NCBI GenBank assembly: GCA_902571955.1
Contig: CACGDZ010000004.1
Coordinates: 13,568-77,567, forward strand
Direction of reading: 5' to 3'
Length of the DNA stretch: 64,000 bases
DNA from: an uncultured Pelagibacteraceae bacterium
Lineage (GTDB): Bacteria; Pseudomonadota; Alphaproteobacteria; Pelagibacterales; Pelagibacteraceae
The translations under genes were made by a program, and so were the position numbers. Under the pieces are notes generated by a model. It was not told the origin of the DNA. It was given only the letters and a program-made list of their open reading frames with translations, and did not search any database. Positions 58,714 to 64,000 of this stretch are shown piece by piece; position 1 is the first letter of the stretch, and each line of letters starts with the position of its first letter.

Positions 58714-59847
58714 GTGAAGAGTTTAAAAAGCATTAAAAACTGGACACTCACAAAATTTTTAAAAAATAATAATTTTAGTTTTAAAAGAAATTATGTTTTA
58801 AGATTTGTTCCTTCATTACTATTAACAAACGCTTTTAAATCAATTTCCAGTTGGAAAAATTATAAACCAACTCCATTATTAAAACTTGATAAATTACAAA
58901 AAAATTTAAAACTAAATAATATCTTTTATAAGGATGAATCTAAAAGATTTCATTTAAAATCATTTAAGGCTTTGGGTGGTGCTTATGCTGTTGAAAAAAT
59001 ATCTAAAGGAAAAGAAAATATAATCATTTCCTCAGCAACTGCAGGGAACCATGGAAGATCTGTAGCGTGGGGCGCGAAAAGGCTGGGGTTAAAATGTAAA
59101 ATTTTTGTTAGTCAATATGTTAGTGACACAAGAGTTAAAGAAATTAAAAAATTCGGTGCTGAAGTAATAAGAGTTAAAGGAGATTATGAAAATTCACTCA
59201 ACGAATGTAAGAAATTATCAAAAAAAAATAATTGGAAAATTGTACAAGATGTTTCAACAAAAGATTACAAATTAGTCCCTCAACTTACTATGGCAGGGTA
59301 TTCCATAATGATCAAAGAAATTTCTAAACAAACAAATCAATATATAACCCATATTTTTTTACAAGCTGGTGTTGGTGGTATGGCTGCTGGTGTAGTTACT
59401 GGTGTTACAAAATATTTTAAAAGAATTCCAAAGATAATAATTGTTGAGCCTGATAGAGCTGATTGTGTTCTTCAAAGCATAAAACACAATAAATTAAAAA
59501 AAATTAAAATTAAAAAGGAGAGCATCATGGGTGGTATGTCATGTAATGAAATGTCATATATTCCTTGGCAAATATTGAAAAAAACGAGCAATTGTTGTGT
59601 GTCTGTAAGTGATCGAAATATTGCTAAAACTGTAGCGATGTTGAAAGACAAAAAGCTTAGTAAAAATTCAATAATTGGTGGAGAGTGCTCTGCACCTGGT
59701 ATTATAAGCCTGGTAGGAGTTTGTAATAATACTAAAATTAAAAAAACTATAGAACTTAACGAAAGTTCTAATGTTTTGGTAATAGGATGCGAAGGTAATG
59801 CAGATGTAAAACTTTACAAACAACTGCTATCTAAGGGCAGAAAATAA
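58714..59847 (+). CDS. dpaL: Diaminopropionate ammonia-lyase-like PLP enzyme
   Basis: PTPL, KDES.RF.L.SFKALGG.YA, ATAGNHGRSVAW and QAGVGG motifs. Confidence 0.8.
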   Translation: MKSLKSIKNWTLTKFLKNNNFSFKRNYVLRFVPSLLLTNAFKSISSWKNYKPTPLLKLDKLQKNLKLNNIFYKDESKRFHLKSFKALGGAYAVEKISKGKENIIISSATAGNHGRSVAWGAKRLGLKCKIFVSQYVSDTRVKEIKKFGAEVIRVKGDYENSLNECKKLSKKNNWKIVQDVSTKDYKLVPQLTMAGYSIMIKEISKQTNQYITHIFLQAGVGGMAAGVVTGVTKYFKRIPKIIIVEPDRADCVLQSIKHNKLKKIKIKKESIMGGMSCNEMSYIPWQILKKTSNCCVSVSDRNIAKTVAMLKDKKLSKNSIIGGECSAPGIISLVGVCNNTKIKKTIELNESSNVLVIGCEGNADVKLYKQLLSKGRK

Positions 59848-59853
59848 ACTCAC

Positions 59854-61275
59854 ATGAAAAAAAATGCGATATTTTGGATCAGAGAAGACTTTAGAATTGA
59901 ACATAATCCTGCACTATCTTTTGCAAGTCAAAATCATGATAACGTTATTGCATTGTTCATTTATAATAAAACTTATTTTGATAAAAAACGAGAAGCACAA
60001 AAATGGTGGCTATATAAGTCTTTAGTGGAATTTAAATCAGAATTATTTAAATACAAAATCAATCTTCAAATATTGGAGGGAGACGAGCTAGATATATTAT
60101 CAAAAATTAAAAAAAAAGATAATATTTCTGTCTATTGGAATAAGATATATGAACCAGATGTAATTACTAAAGGAAAAAAAATAAGAGATGCTTTTCTGAA
60201 AAATGAAGTTGAGTTCAAATATTTTAAAGGAAATATTCTTAATGAGTTTCAAGAAGTAACTAAAAATGATGGTACACCTTTTAAAGTATTTAGTCCATTC
60301 TGGAGAAATGCTGAGGAGAAATATCTCAGTTTGCCTCCAAACAAAAATTATGTTGTAAAAAAAAAAATTAAATTAATTTCTTTTTTTAAAAACAGTATTG
60401 AACCTAAAAAAATTTTACCAAAAAAAAATTGGTATAAAAAATTTGAGAAATACTGGAAAGTTTCTGAAAATGATTCGAAAAAAGTTCTTAATTATTTAAT
60501 TGAAAAAAAAATTAAAGATTATGGAACAGCTAGAGATTATCCATCGATCGAGGGTACATCAAAATTGTCTCCATACATTAAACATGGTCAAATTCATGTA
60601 AGTACTATTTGGCAAAAATGCAATGAAATAAAATCTAAAGGAATTGGCTATAGGAAATATATCAATGAATTAGGGTGGCGTGAATTTTCACATAGTTTAA
60701 TTAATTATTTTCCAGAATTTTTAAAAGGTAATTATAGAAAAGAATTTGATAAATTTCCGTGGGTAAAAAATGAGAAATTTTTAAAGGCATGGAAATCAGG
60801 AATGACTGGCTATCCTATTGTGGATGCTGGAATGAGAGAATTATATGAAACTGGATGGATGCACAACAGAATTCGAATGGTTGTTGGTTCCTTTCTTGTA
60901 AAACATTTAAGAATTAATTGGACGGAAGGTGAGAAACATTTCAGAAATTGTTTATTAGATTTCAATAAAGCAAATAATGTAGCTCAATGGCAATGGGTTG
61001 CTGGTTGTGGAGCTGATGCTGCACCTTACTTTAGAATATTTAATCCGATTTTGCAGGGAGAAAAATTTGATAAGGAAGGTTTTTATGTAAAAAAATGGGT
61101 TCCTGAATTAAGCAAAGTACCAAAAAAATTCATTCATAAGCCATGGGAAATGGAATTAAAGTATCAAGCAGCTATAAAAACAATTATTGGCAAAGATTAC
61201 CCAGGCCCTATTGTTGTTCATGAAAAAGCTAGAGCTGCAGCTCTTGAAGCGTTTCAATCTTTGAAGAAAAAGTAA
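59854..61275 (+). CDS. phrB: Class I CPD photolyase
   Basis: TSKLSPY, ELGWREF, GMTGYPIVDAGMR, WMHNR.RM and YFRIFNP motifs. Confidence 0.92.
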   Translation: MKKNAIFWIREDFRIEHNPALSFASQNHDNVIALFIYNKTYFDKKREAQKWWLYKSLVEFKSELFKYKINLQILEGDELDILSKIKKKDNISVYWNKIYEPDVITKGKKIRDAFLKNEVEFKYFKGNILNEFQEVTKNDGTPFKVFSPFWRNAEEKYLSLPPNKNYVVKKKIKLISFFKNSIEPKKILPKKNWYKKFEKYWKVSENDSKKVLNYLIEKKIKDYGTARDYPSIEGTSKLSPYIKHGQIHVSTIWQKCNEIKSKGIGYRKYINELGWREFSHSLINYFPEFLKGNYRKEFDKFPWVKNEKFLKAWKSGMTGYPIVDAGMRELYETGWMHNRIRMVVGSFLVKHLRINWTEGEKHFRNCLLDFNKANNVAQWQWVAGCGADAAPYFRIFNPILQGEKFDKEGFYVKKWVPELSKVPKKFIHKPWEMELKYQAAIKTIIGKDYPGPIVVHEKARAAALEAFQSLKKK

Positions 61276-61283
61276 ATTTAATT

Positions 61284-61703
61284 TTATTCTCCAATAAAAT
61301 GATGAATTATAATCCTTTTTTGAGCCTTTAATCTGTGTTCAAATAAATATATGCCCTGCCAAGTTCCAAGCATCAATTCACTATCTTTCACACTTAGAGA
61401 AATTTGATTATTTGTTAATGCAGATTTAATATGTGCGGGCATATCATCTTTTCCCTCCGTAGTATGAACATATAGTTTGTTATCCATAGGAGCTAATTTA
61501 TCAAAATAATTTATTAAATCTGTTTGTACATCTGGATCTGCATTTTCTTGAACAATTAATGAGGCGCTTGTGTGCTGAATACTTAAATTAAGAATACCAT
61601 TTTTAAAGTTATTTTGACCAATCCAATGAATTGTATCATTAGTAAATTCATATAACTTTTGACCATTGGTCTTAATATGAAGATTGTAAAATTCTTGTTT
61701 CAT
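61284..61703 (-). CDS. yjbQ: YjbQ/UPF0047 family protein
   Basis: HTSASL..QENADPDV, EG.DDMPAHIK and LGTWQGIYL.EH motifs. Confidence 0.92.
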   Translation of the reverse strand: MKQEFYNLHIKTNGQKLYEFTNDTIHWIGQNNFKNGILNLSIQHTSASLIVQENADPDVQTDLINYFDKLAPMDNKLYVHTTEGKDDMPAHIKSALTNNQISLSVKDSELMLGTWQGIYLFEHRLKAQKRIIIHHFIGE

Positions 61704-62761
61704 TAATTATACTCGTTCGATGTAAGCTCATACAAACGACTAATGGTTCGTTTAAATGATTTTTCTAATAATCTTGAAGAGGTAAATTGATCTAAATTTA
61801 TATCAGCTGTAACTGCTAATGGAATATTTTTATCATAAATTACATCTAACAAAGTGATAAAACGTTGTTGTTGATTTGAATTTACATCATTAAATTGAGG
61901 TATTTGATCTATTACCATAAATTTACAGTTTTTAACTATTTCTAAATAATCTTCTGCTCCTAAATTTTGATCACAAAGTTGAGTAAAGTCACATCTAACA
62001 ATTCCCTCATAAAAGTTTTCTATTTTAAATTCTCTTCCCTTTACATTAATTTTTATTGAAGATTGTTTTTTATTCTTTGTTATAGTTCTAAAAAATTTAT
62101 TAATCTTAAAATTGGTTTCTTGATTAAGTGGAAAAAAATATCTTTGTTTTTGATTATCATTAGATTTTCTATAATCATCCTCAATTTTTAATTCATACTC
62201 GATGGATTGATCTTCCATTATTTTTATAAAAGGTATAAATTGTTCACGTTGAAGACCTTCTTTATAAAGTTCTGAAATTTTAGTATTTGAAGTAAGAATA
62301 ATTTTAATATCTTCTTTAAATATTTGTTCAAATAGTTTTCCTAAAATCATTGCATCAACAATGTTTGTTACTTGGAACTCATCGAAATAAACTAATGAAG
62401 CTTTTGATTTTAAATTTTTGACAAATTGATTGATTACATTTTCTTCATTTTTTTCTTTTTGCTCATGGACAAAATCATGAAAACCTAACATAAATTCATT
62501 AAAATGCTTTTTTAATTTTTTTTCTTCAAGATGATCATAAAAGAAGTTTAAAATCATTGTTTTACCAACCCCTACACCACCATATAAATAAAATCCTTTT
62601 TTAGTTCTTTGTTTGGAAAATAATTTTGAAAAAAATGATTTGTAATTACTATTATGGTAATCTTCTAATTTTTTAATAACTTTAATTTGATTAGGATTAA
62701 CTTCTAAATTTTGAATTTCACAATAAGATATAAATTCTTTTTCAAATTTTTTTGGCATCAA
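61703..62761 (-). CDS. zapE: AFG1/ZapE family ATPase
   Basis: YLYGGVGVGKT, HF.EFM, FDEFQVT...DAM and RTISRL.E motifs. Confidence 0.9.
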   Translation of the reverse strand: MMPKKFEKEFISYCEIQNLEVNPNQIKVIKKLEDYHNSNYKSFFSKLFSKQRTKKGFYLYGGVGVGKTMILNFFYDHLEEKKLKKHFNEFMLGFHDFVHEQKEKNEENVINQFVKNLKSKASLVYFDEFQVTNIVDAMILGKLFEQIFKEDIKIILTSNTKISELYKEGLQREQFIPFIKIMEDQSIEYELKIEDDYRKSNDNQKQRYFFPLNQETNFKINKFFRTITKNKKQSSIKINVKGREFKIENFYEGIVRCDFTQLCDQNLGAEDYLEIVKNCKFMVIDQIPQFNDVNSNQQQRFITLLDVIYDKNIPLAVTADINLDQFTSSRLLEKSFKRTISRLYELTSNEYN

Positions 62762-63189
62762 TTTTTTTTAGTTTTAAAGTCAATACCATACTCTGATCTT
62801 GGTCCTTTCCTTAGCCCGAATGGACCTGAGATAAATAAAGTTAATGGTTTAGTTCCTGGTTCCAAATCTACTCTATGCAAATTATTTGCTGATCTAAAAC
62901 CAATATACCCTGGTGGACGCCAAAACTTGCCAGTGCTTAATGTTTCCCAATAACCGCCTCTTAAAATTATAGTGATATAAGGAAATGTGTGATTATGAAC
63001 TCCTTCTCCATGGTCATCTGCTAGCATCTCATGAATTAATATATTGAATGGAAACCATTTAGGTCGATACCTCATCAAAACATAGTAACGGTTCATCCAA
63101 GGCTTTGCCTCTTTAAAATTTGGATGTGAAGGTCCTCTATCTAATACAACTTTTTTTCTACCAATTTTTTCTAAAAATTTTAAGAACAT
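62758..63189 (-). CDS. Cupin-like hypothetical protein
   Basis: H.H.F...TIIL.GGY.E and HRV.L cupin-type metal motifs. Confidence 0.6.
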   Translation of the reverse strand: MFLKFLEKIGRKKVVLDRGPSHPNFKEAKPWMNRYYVLMRYRPKWFPFNILIHEMLADDHGEGVHNHTFPYITIILRGGYWETLSTGKFWRPPGYIGFRSANNLHRVDLEPGTKPLTLFISGPFGLRKGPRSEYGIDFKTKKN

Positions 63190-63191
63190 GT

Positions 63192-64000
63192 TTAGTTATA
63201 TTGTACAATTGAACCATTTCTTACTACATATAAATTGTTATTAAATATAAACGGTTCAGATACTAATCCACCAGAAACTTTTTCAATTTTTATTATTTTT
63301 CCATCCTCAATCCCAGCTATGACCATTTTACCATCTGAGTTAGTCAAAAATACGTTTTTGTCTCCAATTACAAAACCAATTGGATAAATATTTTTTCTTT
63401 TTTTATCTTTGTAATTCATAAATAGATCTGTAATTCGAATTATATTGCCTTTATTTTTGTCAATTAAATATAAATAACCTTCATTTGAGATTGTAAAAAT
63501 TAGATTTCCAACCAAAATAGGTTTTACATTAGAATTAACTTCATTTATCCAGTTTGTTGTTCCTGTTTTTAAATCAATTGAATAAAACTGACTTTTATTA
63601 TTTGAAAAAAATACTGAATTTCCATCTGATACTAGTTTAGAAGTCTTAAAGTTATAAGTTTCATTTATTATCGAGCTACTCTGCGTAGGTAGTTGCCATG
63701 TAATTAAACCTGTTTCAATATCTACAGCTGTAATATCTCCTATAGAATTATTAAAAATAACATTATCGTTTAAAATAATTAAAGAATATTTAATATTTGA
63801 AATTGTAAATGAGTCCTCTGTTTGCAAATTCCAACATTCAGAACCATCTTTAATTTTAAAACATCTCAATGTATTTTTATAATCGATAACAAATATTTTA
63901 TCTTTATGTTTTTTAATATTTGAATTAAACGGATAATCATTATTATTTGACCAATTTAATTCTCCAGTACTAATATTCACAGAATAATATTTTGCTATAC
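63192..64000 (-). CDS. bamB: PQQ-like beta-propeller (BamB-like), 5' end off the window
   Basis: Repeated A.D..TG...W blades; frame open to the window edge (IAKYYSVNISTG). Confidence 0.7.
   Translation of the reverse strand, partial: IAKYYSVNISTGELNWSNNNDYPFNSNIKKHKDKIFVIDYKNTLRCFKIKDGSECWNLQTEDSFTISNIKYSLIILNDNVIFNNSIGDITAVDIETGLITWQLPTQSSSIINETYNFKTSKLVSDGNSVFFSNNKSQFYSIDLKTGTTNWINEVNSNVKPILVGNLIFTISNEGYLYLIDKNKGNIIRITDLFMNYKDKKRKNIYPIGFVIGDKNVFLTNSDGKMVIAGIEDGKIIKIEKVSGGLVSEPFIFNNNLYVVRNGSIVQYN

Noticed and set aside
1288-62953. Many short ORF-track entries antisense to or nested in long genes (e.g. 1362-1694, 7981-8355, 30387-30776, 52847-53344, 57002-57304)
   Set aside because: They are shadow frames of well-supported genes, with no motifs or RBS.
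1-64000. Prophage, IS element, integron, CRISPR, tRNA or rRNA
   Set aside because: No integrase, transposase, structural phage genes, repeat-spacer arrays or RNA-gene-like GC-rich stretches were seen.

Overview
AT-rich (roughly 30% GC by eye), gene-dense window with very short or overlapping intergenic spacers. Gene content and order point to a SAR11 (Pelagibacteraceae) chromosome. Most of the window is a C1/methylated-amine catabolic supercluster: tmm, tmoXWV, tdm, soxBDAG-type oxidase, fhs, metF, gmaS, an N-methylglutamate-synthase-like module, an Amt-family channel and five GcvT/THF-binding domains. Housekeeping genes are interspersed (purEK, cold-shock protein, photolyase, yjbQ, zapE, bamB). 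The least explained parts are four. (i) A tightly coupled operon at about 5.9-14.4 kb (Rieske oxygenase, BHMT, second DMGDH-like enzyme, SAM methyltransferase, SET protein, DddP-like M24 enzyme, minimal APS-kinase-like plus nucleotidyltransferase pair, BesD-fold Fe/2OG enzyme) faces a betaine-type binding protein and permease. (ii) A divergent gamma-glutamylation/NMG-synthase-like operon with an altered Amt lies directly after tdm, with no DMA monooxygenase in the window; it is a candidate new dimethylamine route. (iii) A four-gene unknown-function operon encodes a metal-site-altered M19 protein, a 553-aa protein, DUF3726 and an unannotated CxxC microprotein. (iv) A shared CTA-N5-TATATATA-N5-TAG motif occurs in three methylamine promoters. 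No rRNA, tRNA, CRISPR, integrase or transposase was seen. All family calls come from motif recognition; no database searches were run.
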